64,000 nt of DNA from assembly GCA_963793865.1 (NCBI GenBank), contig CAWCBP010000001.1, forward strand, positions 896,001-960,000, read 5' to 3'. A program made the translations under genes and the position numbers. Positions 49,973 to 59,904 of the stretch are shown here, piece by piece; within the stretch, counting starts at the first letter, position 1, and each line of letters starts with the position of its first letter. This DNA comes from an uncultured delta proteobacterium (GTDB lineage Bacteria > Desulfobacterota > WTBG01). The notes under the pieces were generated by a model. It saw nothing but the letters and a program-made list of their open reading frames with translations. It was not told where the DNA came from and made no database searches.

Positions 49973-50988
49973 TCACGGCGGCCATTGCCAAATTGATCAG
50001 TAAGACTGATTTAACCGACGCGGAGATGGCCGGTGCCATATCATCGATCATGACCGGCGGAATATCAGCTGCTCAGATGGCCGCGTTTCTGGTGGCCATG
50101 AGGATGAAAGGTGAGACGGTCGAGGAGCTAACCGCCGCCGCACGAGTGATGCGGACAATGGCGCAGCGGCTGTGTGTATCGCCCGGTGATGATGAGGTGC
50201 TGCTCGACACCTGCGGCACGGGAGGGGATGGCAAGCAGACCTTTAATATTTCAACCATCGCCTGCTTTGTCATTGCCGCGGTCGGGGTGAAGGTGGCAAA
50301 GCACGGCAATCGATCCGTCAGCAGTTCCTGCGGAAGCGCAGATCTCATGCAGGCACTGGGGGTTAACATAGAAATGCCACCGGCACGGGTCCGGGAATGT
50401 ATTCGCCGGGTGGGCATCGGCTTCTTATATGCCCCCGTGTTCCACAGTGCCATGAAGCATGCCGCTCCCGTAAGGAAGGAAATAGGCGTTAGAACCATTT
50501 TTAATCTGCTGGGCCCTCTCACTAATCCGGCAATGGCGCAGGCCCAACTGGTGGGTGTGTTTGATCACCGGCTGACCGAACCATTTGCCGGCGTACTCCG
50601 GAACCTGGGCTGTGCTCATGCCCTTATTGTCCACGGCAGCGACGGGCTGGATGAAATTACCATTACCGGCGAATCCCGGATAACAGAACTGATCCGCCGG
50701 GAGGTGAAAACCTATTCTATAAATCCCCGCTCACTGGGAATGGAACTGGGCCGGCCCTCCGAGCTCACGAGCCGGGGCATCAGAGATAATGTTGCCATTT
50801 GCCATGAAATTCTGGACGGCACCAGGGGTGCCAGGCGTCATGTGGTCCTGCTCAACAGCGCCGCAGGTCTGATAGCTGCGGGCAAGGCATCTGACTTCGG
50901 CCAGGGGATCGGGATGGCCGCTGAAGCGATTGACAGCGGCAGGGCAAAGGCGGTTCTGGACGGGCTTATCAGCTTTACCAACGGATAG
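49969..50988 (+). CDS. trpD: Anthranilate phosphoribosyltransferase
   Basis: [41 protein letters not shown]. Confidence 0.96.
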   Translation: MITAAIAKLISKTDLTDAEMAGAISSIMTGGISAAQMAAFLVAMRMKGETVEELTAAARVMRTMAQRLCVSPGDDEVLLDTCGTGGDGKQTFNISTIACFVIAAVGVKVAKHGNRSVSSSCGSADLMQALGVNIEMPPARVRECIRRVGIGFLYAPVFHSAMKHAAPVRKEIGVRTIFNLLGPLTNPAMAQAQLVGVFDHRLTEPFAGVLRNLGCAHALIVHGSDGLDEITITGESRITELIRREVKTYSINPRSLGMELGRPSELTSRGIRDNVAICHEILDGTRGARRHVVLLNSAAGLIAAGKASDFGQGIGMAAEAIDSGRAKAVLDGLISFTNG

Positions 50989-50994
50989 CGCTGC

Positions 50995-51792
50995 ATGATC
51001 CTGGATGATATCATCTCCAACAAGAGAAGCGAGCTTGCTCACTGGCTGGAGGATCGGCCGCTGGCAATGCTCATGAGCGAGGCAGCCTCGGCACCATCGC
51101 CTAAGGATTTCAGGCAGTCCCTGCTGCAAACGGATCCTTCAGGCGGCCAGCGCTTCAGAATTATCGCCGAAGTTAAAAAGGCGTCTCCCTCCAGGGGTGT
51201 CATTCGCGAGGACTTTGACCCGGTAGCAATCGCCAAAACCTATGAAGCGGGCGGGGCCGCTGCCGTTTCCGTGCTTACCGATAAGCTGTTTTTCCAGGGC
51301 GGCATTGAGTATCTCAGTCAGATACGGGCGGCAACGACCGTTCCTCTGCTGATGAAGGATTTTGTCATCGATCCCTACCAGATCTACCTGGCCAGGAGCT
51401 GCGGCGCTGACGCGGTGCTGCTTATTGCGGCGCTGCTCGATGCGGACCGGCTATCGGAGTTTCTCCATATTGCGCAGACGCTGGGGATGTGCGCGCTGGT
51501 TGAGGTCCACTCCGAGGACGAGCTGGCAAAGGCGCTTGCCGCCGAGGCGCAGATTGTCGGTATTAACAACCGGGACTTAAGAACATTCAAGGTCGCGGCG
51601 GAAACAACCCGGCGCCTCGCGCCGCTGGTCGGCCCCGGAAAAATCGTGGTAAGTGAAAGCGGTATCGACTCACGGGAAATCATGCTTTCCCTTGCGCACG
51701 CGGGCGTCCACGCCTTTTTGATCGGCGAAGCGCTCATGCGGGCAAAGGATATCGGGAAGGCATTGCGATCATTTACGAACCCAAAAGGATAA
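50995..51792 (+). CDS. trpC: Indole-3-glycerol phosphate synthase
   Basis: [31 protein letters not shown]. Confidence 0.95.
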   Translation: MILDDIISNKRSELAHWLEDRPLAMLMSEAASAPSPKDFRQSLLQTDPSGGQRFRIIAEVKKASPSRGVIREDFDPVAIAKTYEAGGAAAVSVLTDKLFFQGGIEYLSQIRAATTVPLLMKDFVIDPYQIYLARSCGADAVLLIAALLDADRLSEFLHIAQTLGMCALVEVHSEDELAKALAAEAQIVGINNRDLRTFKVAAETTRRLAPLVGPGKIVVSESGIDSREIMLSLAHAGVHAFLIGEALMRAKDIGKALRSFTNPKG

Positions 51793-51796
51793 AGGA

Positions 51797-52993
51797 ATGA
51801 ACCTACCGGATCGGACAGGGCATTTCGGCATATATGGCGGACGCTATGTATCTGAAACACTGATGCCCGCGCTGCTTGAGCTCACGGATGCATATAACAC
51901 GGTCAAGCGGGACCGCTCCTTCAAAAAGGAGCTTGATTACTATCTCAGACAGTACGGGGGAAGGGAAACGCCACTCTATTATGCCGAGCGTTTCAGCAGG
52001 CAGCTCGGCGGCGCCAGGATTTATCTGAAGCGGGAGGACCTTAACCATACCGGGGCTCACAAAATTAACAATACCATTGGCCAGATCCTTTTGGCGCGGA
52101 GGATGGGAAAGACGAGAATCATTGCCGAGACCGGGGCAGGGCAGCATGGCGTTGCAACGGCAACCGTGGCGGCGCTTTTCGGCTTTGCGTGCGTTATTTA
52201 CATGGGCGAGGAGGACATTAAGCGGCAGGCGTCAAATGTGTTGCGCATGAAACTGCTGGGGGCCGAGGTCAGGCCCGTATCCTCGGGCAGCAGGACACTC
52301 AAAGATGCCATGAACGAGGCCCTGCGCGACTGGATAACCAATGTGCGCACCACCTTCTACATCATCGGCTCCGTCGCCGGTCCCCATCCGTATCCGCAGA
52401 TGGTTCGCGATTTTCAGAAGGTGATTGGAGAAGAGACCAAAAAGCAGCTCTTTGCCCAGGAGGGACGGCTGCCCGATTATGTTGTGGCCTGCGTCGGAGG
52501 AGGAAGCAACGCCATCGGCATATTCTATCCCTTTCTCAACCACAGGCAGGTGCATCTGATCGGCGTCGAAGCGGCAGGGGAGGGCATAGCCAGCGGCCGG
52601 CACGCCGCGGCCATCTGCGCCGGCAGCGTGGGGGTTCTGCACGGAAATAAGAACTATCTCCTGCAGGACCGCCATGGACAGATACAGCCTGCCCACTCCA
52701 TTGCCGCCGGCCTGGACTATCCCGGTGTCGGTCCCGAGCACTGCTACCTCCGGGACACGAAACGGGTACAATACGTTTCCGTGAATGACAGGGAGGCGCT
52801 CAAGGGTTTTTACACGCTTTGCCATACCGAAGGCATCATTCCGGCGCTTGAAAGCGCTCACGCGCTTGCCTACGCCATGAAACTGTCGCCGCGGCTGCGG
52901 AAAAAAGACCTCCTGGTAATCAATCTTTCCGGAAGGGGAGATAAGGACCTGCACATAGTTGCGGATATTCTGGACAAGGGGAAGAAAAAATAG
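51797..52993 (+). CDS. trpB: Tryptophan synthase beta chain
   Basis: [48 protein letters not shown]. Confidence 0.97.
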   Translation: MNLPDRTGHFGIYGGRYVSETLMPALLELTDAYNTVKRDRSFKKELDYYLRQYGGRETPLYYAERFSRQLGGARIYLKREDLNHTGAHKINNTIGQILLARRMGKTRIIAETGAGQHGVATATVAALFGFACVIYMGEEDIKRQASNVLRMKLLGAEVRPVSSGSRTLKDAMNEALRDWITNVRTTFYIIGSVAGPHPYPQMVRDFQKVIGEETKKQLFAQEGRLPDYVVACVGGGSNAIGIFYPFLNHRQVHLIGVEAAGEGIASGRHAAAICAGSVGVLHGNKNYLLQDRHGQIQPAHSIAAGLDYPGVGPEHCYLRDTKRVQYVSVNDREALKGFYTLCHTEGIIPALESAHALAYAMKLSPRLRKKDLLVINLSGRGDKDLHIVADILDKGKKK

Positions 52994-53055
52994 GTGTGCA
53001 TCATCCGGCAACCCTCCGCTCAACCTTCGTAACCCACAGGACATCAGGATCTCTC

Positions 53056-53850
53056 ATGAGCAGAATCAGCGCAACCTTTGAACGCCTGCGACAGAAGAAG
53101 GAAAAGGCCCTCATCCCTTTTATTACGGCAGGATACCCTGACCTCACCACCACCCGGCGGCTTATTTTCCAATTTGAGCAATGCGGGGCGGATCTGCTGG
53201 AACTCGGAGTGCCGTTTTCTGATCCGATGGCCGACGGACCGGTTATTCAGCACGCATCGGAAATAGCCCTGGCACGGGGAACATCGCTCGAGCGTATCCT
53301 GGGATTGGTGAAGACGGTCAGGAGGAAGAGCTCCATTCCCGTTATACTGATGGGATACTACAACCCCTTCTTCAAATTCGGGCTGAAAGCATTCACCCGG
53401 GCCGCAAAAGACGCGGGTGTGGACGGTCTCCTGATTGTTGACCTGCCGCCGGAAGAGGCAGTGGAAATGAAAATGCACACGGATCGTGCCGGGCTGGATC
53501 TTATTTTTTTGCTCGCGCCCACAAGCGGCCCGGAGCGGATTAACAGCATCGTCAAGCATGCCTCAGGATTCATTTACTATGTTTCGCTGACCGGCGTGAC
53601 CGGTGTCAGGTCCACGCTGGACCGCACCATCAGTAACCAGCTGAAAACCATCAGAAAGAAATCACCCCTTCCCATAGGGGTCGGCTTCGGCATATCCACT
53701 CCGGAGCACGCAAAAACGGTCGCCCAATGGGCTGATGCGGTGGTGGTGGGAAGCGCGCTGATTAAAATTATTTCCGGGAGCACATCAAAAGCCGGAGCGG
53801 TTCAAAATGCCGGCCGCTTCATCCGCGCGCTCAAGACGGCAATACGATAA
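53056..53850 (+). CDS. trpA: Tryptophan synthase alpha chain
   Basis: ELGVPFSDPMADGPVIQ, MGYYNP, GVTG, GFGIS, VGSA; start at ATG 53056. Confidence 0.96.
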   Translation: MSRISATFERLRQKKEKALIPFITAGYPDLTTTRRLIFQFEQCGADLLELGVPFSDPMADGPVIQHASEIALARGTSLERILGLVKTVRRKSSIPVILMGYYNPFFKFGLKAFTRAAKDAGVDGLLIVDLPPEEAVEMKMHTDRAGLDLIFLLAPTSGPERINSIVKHASGFIYYVSLTGVTGVRSTLDRTISNQLKTIRKKSPLPIGVGFGISTPEHAKTVAQWADAVVVGSALIKIISGSTSKAGAVQNAGRFIRALKTAIR

Positions 53851-53887
53851 AACCGCCTTATAATGGCGTACCGAACGCATCCTTTTT

Positions 53888-55198
53888 ATGAGTTATAAGG
53901 ATTCACTTGCCTACCTCTACGGTCTCCAGAAATACGGTATCAAGTTCGGCCTGGCATCCATTTCAAAGTTGCTCACGGCCCTGAACAATCCTCATCAGAA
54001 ATTCCCGTGCATTCATATTGCAGGCACAAACGGCAAGGGTTCGACTGCTGCCTTCATTGCATCCATATTGTCTGAAGCCGGCTACAAAACCGGACTTTAC
54101 ACCTCGCCGCACCTGACCAGCTTCACTGAGCGAATCAGGATCGGCGGGGCCGATATCAGCCGCCCAAGCGTGACACGGCTGACCGGCACCATCAGGAAGT
54201 GCGCGGCTTCCCTGGAAAGCATCACCTTCTTTGAGTTTGTGACCGCCATGGCATTCTCCTACTTTGCTGAGCAGAAGGTTGACTGCGCCGTCATAGAGGC
54301 GGGGATGGGAGGGCGCCTTGACGCCACAAACGTCATAACACCCCTTGCATCCATAATAACCAACATTTCCCGGGAACATGAAATGTTTCTGGGAAATACG
54401 GTCTTAAAAATCGCTCATGAAAAAGCTGGAATTATTAAACCGAATGGAGTATTACTGACGGCGGTAAGTCAGCCGAATGTGCTCAAACTTTTTGTACGGG
54501 AATGCCGCCGTTTACACGCAGTCATGTTCGTTGAGGGAAACGACTTTGCCTTGCAGTGGCGGAAGAACCGTTTTTTGGCGTACCGGGGAATTGGGCGGGA
54601 CATGCTGAATCTGCGGCTCGGGCTCCGGGGCGAACACCAGCTTCACAACGCTGCGCTGGCTCTGGCTGCGGTGGAGGTCTTGCGCCACAAAGGCTTCACC
54701 CTGTCTCTCGAATCCGTCCGGCGGGGGCTGAAGCATGTCTATTGGCCCGGCAGGCTTGAGACGGCGAAGGGGAACTCTCTCATCCTGTTTGACGGTGCCC
54801 ATAATCCGGCGGCTATCAGATGCCTTAAACAGGCCCTTCTCAGCAGCTTTGCTTATGACCGGTTAACCCTGGTTCTGGGCATTATGCACGATAAAGACAT
54901 CCGGAACATGCTCAAGGAAATTATACCCATCGCCGACAGGGTTATTTTCTGCAGGCCCCGCATGGAACGCGCCGCACCGACCGGCACGCTGGCGCGTATA
55001 CTGCGCAGCACAGGGATAAACTGTGTTGAGATTCCCCGTGTAGAGGATGCTCTCATGCAGGCAATGGCAGAATCCGGGAGGCGAGACCTGATTTGCGTCA
55101 CCGGATCTTTATTCACGGTGGGAGAGGCGAAAGAGGCGCTCCGCCGCCTTCCCGATGCGGCTGTTTTAAGTGTGCCGGCACAGATGATGAGACAATAA
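53888..55198 (+). CDS. folC: Folylpolyglutamate synthase/dihydrofolate synthase
   Basis: HIAGTNGKGS, YTSPHL, GGRLDATN, EKAGI, WPGR, DGAHN, TGSLF. Confidence 0.95.
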   Translation: MSYKDSLAYLYGLQKYGIKFGLASISKLLTALNNPHQKFPCIHIAGTNGKGSTAAFIASILSEAGYKTGLYTSPHLTSFTERIRIGGADISRPSVTRLTGTIRKCAASLESITFFEFVTAMAFSYFAEQKVDCAVIEAGMGGRLDATNVITPLASIITNISREHEMFLGNTVLKIAHEKAGIIKPNGVLLTAVSQPNVLKLFVRECRRLHAVMFVEGNDFALQWRKNRFLAYRGIGRDMLNLRLGLRGEHQLHNAALALAAVEVLRHKGFTLSLESVRRGLKHVYWPGRLETAKGNSLILFDGAHNPAAIRCLKQALLSSFAYDRLTLVLGIMHDKDIRNMLKEIIPIADRVIFCRPRMERAAPTGTLARILRSTGINCVEIPRVEDALMQAMAESGRRDLICVTGSLFTVGEAKEALRRLPDAAVLSVPAQMMRQ

Positions 55199-55218
55199 CA
55201 GACGAGCATAGTATCAAT

Positions 55219-57393
55219 ATGGTTAAGCTCTTACATTGCATCATGTGCACAGCAGTCCTCCTGGCATGGTCAGCGCCTGTCTGGAGCACGGGGGCGCTTT
55301 CGTTTGATGCGCTGGCACCTGAAAAGAGAGTAGACCTTAAGGCTGACTCCATGTTCTACGATCAAAAAACAAATCTGTATTCTGCGGAGGGTAATGTCAT
55401 TGTAGAGCAGGAGGGCAGTGTTTTAAAGGCCGATAAAATTATTATCGACACGGTAACCCAGGATGCCCAGGCCGTTGGTAACGTGTCATTAAAGGAAGCG
55501 GAAAACATGCTTACCTGTGACCGGCTTACTATTAATTTGAATACAAAAGTAGGAACGGTTTCCGAGGCAACGCTGTTTCTGAAAGAGAACAATTATCATA
55601 TTAAAGGCAGGTCATTTCAAAAGCTGGGAGAAAACAGCTACAAGGTGATCAATGGAACCATTACCACCTGCGATGGTAAAAGGCCGGACTGGAAGCTAAC
55701 CGGCGGTGAAATCAATGTCACCATGGAACGGTTTGCAACCATAAAAAACAGCACGTTTCAGGTGCTCGATGTGCCGATACTGTATTTCCCCTATTTTTTG
55801 TATCCGGTCAAAACCAAGCGACAGAGCGGATTTCTCATGCCTGAGCTGAGCCATTCAAGTAGCGAAGGCCTCAAGTTCGACAACAGCTTTTTTTGGGCGA
55901 TCTCAGAAAGCGCCGATGCGACCGCCTTCCTTGATTTTGCCACTGAACGCGGGGTAGGGGAGGGCCTCGAATTCCGCTACGTGCTGAATGAGCAGAGCAA
56001 GGGAAAATTCTTCCAATATTACACCGAGGAACGAAGTGAGTATTTTGATGATGAGTATGATGACCCCCTGGACCGGGACCGCAAGAGGGCTATTGTTGAT
56101 TTTGAAGGCGAGCATTATTTTAACGATACGTCTTACACAAAAGCCAAAGGAACCTGGCTCAGCGACCGGGAAGTATACAAGGATTATGGAAGTGAAATAG
56201 GAAGATCAGACAGCGAATGGGACCGTGTCAGCCTCCGGGCGCGTGAAAAAAACGAATCATTGATTTATTATACCAAGAACTGGTCCGGCTACAGTTTAAC
56301 CGCGGATATGGAATATTACAAGGATTTGACAAAACGGAACGGCAACACACTGCAGAGAATCCCTTCTCTTGAATTATCCGGACAAAGACAGTCAATTCTG
56401 AACACCCCCTTGTATTTTAAGCTTGATTCGGCTTATGACTACTTCAGCCGCGATAACGGTGTTGAAGGTCACCGGTTGGATGCTTTTCCGAAAATATCCC
56501 TGCCGGTTACCTTCGGCAGGTATGTCAAATTCACGCCCGAAATGGGCATGAGGGGCATGCTGGCCATGGATTTAAATGAGGACCATAATTACGATCGCCA
56601 GGAAGCTGTGCTTGATGCAAACGCAGAGCTTTCCACGACGGTTTTGAAGGTATATAATTTCCCGGGCAAAAAAATCGCCAAGCTGAAGCATTCCATTGAG
56701 CCCAGCATTCTCTATCGCTATATACCTGATGCCGATCAGGACGAATTTCCTTTCTTTGAGCCAAAAGAGGGATTTTATGACCGCCATGCCTTGACCTACG
56801 CCCTTACCAACAGATTCATGGTGAAGACCCTCCAGCCTGACGGCAGTTATGCGGAACAAGAGCTGGGCTATTTCAAATTATCCCAAAATTATTATTTTGA
56901 TAAGCCGTTCCTTCCCTGGTATGTGGAAGGCTATAATGGGCGGGACCTATCCGACCTGATTACCGAACTGAGGGTCAACCTGAGAGACAGCGCTTCTTTT
57001 AAAACCGAGTTATATTATAATCCCTATGAAACCAACATCAGTTCGTATAACGCATATTTAATGCTCATGGACAAAAGGTTTGATTATGTTCAATTTGAAT
57101 ATCGTTACAGGCGCGATGAACTGGAAGGATACGGCATTAAGGGCAGATATATGTTGCATCCATCGTGGATCACCTATTTTGAAACCCGCAGATCAGAATT
57201 CAACTCGAAAACGCTGGACTCGTTGTATGGCCTTGAATACGTGGCCCAGTGCTGGAGCTTACGGTTAAATTACGAGAACCAGGCCCGGCAGGCAGGAAGG
57301 GATAGGGAAACCACCTATAGCTTTCTTTTTAATCTCGCCGGATTAACCAACTGGGGAAAAACGGAAAAAATGAATAAGCGCTACAAGCCATGA
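55219..57393 (+). CDS. lptD: LPS assembly outer-membrane protein LptD
   Basis: Signal peptide, OstA-like N-domain, TTC..PDW, PVKTKRQSGFLMP, HSIEP, EY.AQCW; follows folC. Confidence 0.88.
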   Translation: MVKLLHCIMCTAVLLAWSAPVWSTGALSFDALAPEKRVDLKADSMFYDQKTNLYSAEGNVIVEQEGSVLKADKIIIDTVTQDAQAVGNVSLKEAENMLTCDRLTINLNTKVGTVSEATLFLKENNYHIKGRSFQKLGENSYKVINGTITTCDGKRPDWKLTGGEINVTMERFATIKNSTFQVLDVPILYFPYFLYPVKTKRQSGFLMPELSHSSSEGLKFDNSFFWAISESADATAFLDFATERGVGEGLEFRYVLNEQSKGKFFQYYTEERSEYFDDEYDDPLDRDRKRAIVDFEGEHYFNDTSYTKAKGTWLSDREVYKDYGSEIGRSDSEWDRVSLRAREKNESLIYYTKNWSGYSLTADMEYYKDLTKRNGNTLQRIPSLELSGQRQSILNTPLYFKLDSAYDYFSRDNGVEGHRLDAFPKISLPVTFGRYVKFTPEMGMRGMLAMDLNEDHNYDRQEAVLDANAELSTTVLKVYNFPGKKIAKLKHSIEPSILYRYIPDADQDEFPFFEPKEGFYDRHALTYALTNRFMVKTLQPDGSYAEQELGYFKLSQNYYFDKPFLPWYVEGYNGRDLSDLITELRVNLRDSASFKTELYYNPYETNISSYNAYLMLMDKRFDYVQFEYRYRRDELEGYGIKGRYMLHPSWITYFETRRSEFNSKTLDSLYGLEYVAQCWSLRLNYENQARQAGRDRETTYSFLFNLAGLTNWGKTEKMNKRYKP

Positions 57394-57425
57394 AAGAAAA
57401 GTGTTTAAACGCAATAACACAACAT

Positions 57426-57461
57426 AAAATGCAGGTGATAATGATTCCCCTGCATTTTTTT
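57426..57461. terminator. Bidirectional intrinsic terminator between lptD and the convergent gene
   Basis: AAAATGCAGG...CCTGCATTTTTTT. Confidence 0.7.
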
Positions 57462-57580
57462 ATTCCTCAGGATAGGAGAGCGCTCTCAAATCAGCACGAA
57501 CGGCGCCCTTCTTTACCTTTTACAACGTCCGATAAGATATATTATGTAAACTAAACGGCTGAAAAATAAACCATGTATGA

Positions 57581-57883
57581 TTAATGACTTTCTTTATTCT
57601 TTTGCGCTTCTTCGCTTAAAATTTCAACTACTTGACTGTAAAAGTCTTCCACACCTTCGAGACATCTTTCAACATTGCCGATTCCAATGCCTACTTTACC
57701 AATAGAGTTCTTAAGAATTTCAAAGGAAGTATTTTCATCCTTAAGCATTTCAATCATTTCATTGAGCGTTCCCATCAACTCATTGGCCGCGATAAGAAAC
57801 CACTCGCACCCTTCATAATCCTTATCAATTATATCAAGCAGTCTATGATTGAGGGTCTTTGTATTTTTCATGGGAATAAACAT
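57581..57883 (-). CDS. Hypothetical acidic helical protein
   Basis: 100-aa ORF directly downstream of the PilZ gene in an AT-rich region; no recognisable motif. Confidence 0.5.
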   Translation of the reverse strand: MFIPMKNTKTLNHRLLDIIDKDYEGCEWFLIAANELMGTLNEMIEMLKDENTSFEILKNSIGKVGIGIGNVERCLEGVEDFYSQVVEILSEEAQKNKESH

Positions 57884-57893
57884 CGATAATTGT

Positions 57894-58403
57894 TTACAGG
57901 TTCGAAAATTTCCTTGGAAACCAAAATTGACTCCGCCTCATTTTTTTTGCCTGTTTGACAAAGGCATACCAGCCTTCCCTATCGCTGCATTTTTGCAAAT
58001 CAAGCTGCACGCCGCATTTGAACAAAAATGACCTGTCCCTGGGCGTCATATCCAGCCATACCACTTTTCCACATGCCTTTATATTCACCCCGGATGATTC
58101 CGGCAAGACGATTTCCATCTCCAAACATTTTTCCGGAGACATGGCATCATTGAAAATATCAACCCCGTCAACCGTGGCCGTGCTGCTTTCGATACACATG
58201 CCTTCCTTTGATATGTTTATTGTACTTCCCGAAATTTGTTTTGAACAGGGCCTGTTATTTTCACAATCAACCAGTCGGATATGTACGGTGAGCGTATTGC
58301 CAAGCCGGATAAATCTTCGATGTTCTATTTTTCGGTATTTATTTCTGAAAATGGTATCCGCCAATTGAATGCAGAAACGCTTGACTCGATCCATACCGCG
58401 CAC
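57894..58403 (-). CDS. PilZ-domain protein
   Basis: EHRRFIRL (RxxxR), NISKEGM (D/NxSxxG), GKVVW, GVQ; GAGG RBS. Confidence 0.8.
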   Translation of the reverse strand: MRGMDRVKRFCIQLADTIFRNKYRKIEHRRFIRLGNTLTVHIRLVDCENNRPCSKQISGSTINISKEGMCIESSTATVDGVDIFNDAMSPEKCLEMEIVLPESSGVNIKACGKVVWLDMTPRDRSFLFKCGVQLDLQKCSDREGWYAFVKQAKKMRRSQFWFPRKFSNL

Positions 58404-58433
58404 TATCCCCTCATGTTTGCTTATTATTTTACA

Positions 58434-58462
58434 ACGATATCGATATCCACTTTACAAGTCAA
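58434..58462 (-). promoter_or_regulatory. Putative sigma70 promoter for the PilZ gene
   Basis: Minus strand TTGACT-N17-TATCGT. Confidence 0.45.
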
Positions 58463-58514
58463 GAGTATATTTGGCGATAAAGAACAGGCATATGTTCGAA
58501 GCCTCATAAATAAT

Positions 58515-58541
58515 TCAAGTTATGTCTCTATATTCCGATAC
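58515..58541 (+). promoter_or_regulatory. Putative sigma28 (FliA-type) promoter for the FN3/FG-GAP genes
   Basis: TCAA(GTT)-N15-TCCGATAC. Confidence 0.55.
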
Positions 58542-58617
58542 ATTAAAGCGGTATAAAAAATAATGTAAGGCTACGATTAAAAAATAAGATCCATGGCTAG
58601 GCAGAACGGCGAATGAT

Positions 58618-59874
58618 ATGATGGGAAGCATAAAAAAACAGGCTCGTCACAGTCACACATCAATCGTATTGCAGGCCTCTTTTCTTGTCATGTTGTCTCT
58701 CCTGTTGCTTCAAGCTGATTTTCTTTATGGGGCATCGATAAAGATAGCCTGGAACGCCAACCAGGAGTCCGATTTAGACGGATATAAGGTCTATTATGGT
58801 ACCACTTCCGGCAATTACGGCATGCCTGTTGATGTGGGAATAACAAATGTTTATGAAATCAGCGGATTAAATACCGGCACGAGGTATTATATTGCACTCA
58901 CTGCCTATGACGCCTCTGACAATGAAAGCGCAAAATCCCTTGAAATATCCGGTGTTGCGCAAAATACCGTAACAACCACCTCCAGTTCCTCAACCCGGCC
59001 CTCTTCCACTTCAACGGCCGCTTCCACTCTGCCGGCAACGTCTTCCCACCACAGTCCCTGCAGCGACCACTCTACACGTCCGGTACGCACTTCAATAACA
59101 CCCACCACGACACAAGTATCATCGACATCTACCATTGCTGTCCAATCTTCTACAACATCTACCGCAGCGATTCCCATTACCACATCTGCACCGGTTACCA
59201 CAAGCACGCCGGTGTCGTCCACATCTACAGTAGATCCTGAGACAACAACCACCACCAGTGTGGAAGGAGAACTGTCATCATGCGATGCGCCGGTGAAATT
59301 GCAGCCGATTTCCGTGAGCGCATCGGATGCTCCGCGCCCCCTGTTTTCAGCCGGCAACCTTGTCGATGGAGATCCTCAAACAGGGTGGCTGACCATATTC
59401 ACATGGTTTAAAAAGGATGCCTATCTCACCCTGGACATGGGGAATGAAAAAACCATCACCTCACTTTCCATGTATGCATCCCGCATGTTCGGTATTGATT
59501 TTTTGCCTGCCGATCTTGAACTGCAGATCAGCAATGATAACACCGTTTGGCAAACCATTACCGCAGGTTCTGTTTCGAGCGGCATTGAGCCTCCCTATGC
59601 CGACAGCTGGAAGCTGGGCGGTCACACATGCCGATACCTTAGGCTCTGCATCAGAGGAAGAAAAACAATTTTCTTTTTCCAGCTTGCCCAAATAGCAGAA
59701 CTTGAAATCTACGGCTGTAATCAGACAGATCACCTTCCTTTCGCGTCGCAAAACAGCGTATCGACGAAAGGTAATCAACCGTTGAATAAGCATGACGGGA
59801 GCTTGCGAAGTTCCGGGAACGAGGCCGCACTGCCCCCAGGTATTCCAGGCAGGCCTGCGGTCAGTTTTCAATAG
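58618..59874 (+). CDS. Secreted protein: FN3 domain, Ser/Thr-rich linker, F5/8 type C (discoidin)-like domain
   Basis: IAWNANQESDLDGYKVYYGT.SGNY...GL..G..YY.ALTAYD; about 100-aa S/T tract; NLVDGD..TGW, LTLDMG, S.DN..W, RYLRL, IAELEIYG. Confidence 0.8.
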   Translation: MMGSIKKQARHSHTSIVLQASFLVMLSLLLLQADFLYGASIKIAWNANQESDLDGYKVYYGTTSGNYGMPVDVGITNVYEISGLNTGTRYYIALTAYDASDNESAKSLEISGVAQNTVTTTSSSSTRPSSTSTAASTLPATSSHHSPCSDHSTRPVRTSITPTTTQVSSTSTIAVQSSTTSTAAIPITTSAPVTTSTPVSSTSTVDPETTTTTSVEGELSSCDAPVKLQPISVSASDAPRPLFSAGNLVDGDPQTGWLTIFTWFKKDAYLTLDMGNEKTITSLSMYASRMFGIDFLPADLELQISNDNTVWQTITAGSVSSGIEPPYADSWKLGGHTCRYLRLCIRGRKTIFFFQLAQIAELEIYGCNQTDHLPFASQNSVSTKGNQPLNKHDGSLRSSGNEAALPPGIPGRPAVSFQ

Positions 59875-59904
59875 GATGTTTATCAGATACCGGGGAAATG
59901 CCGT

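Noticed and set aside
58960..59265. Repetitive ACC/TCC-rich DNA as a tandem repeat or CRISPR array
   Set aside because: Encodes the Ser/Thr-rich linker of the FN3 protein; no identical repeats with spacers
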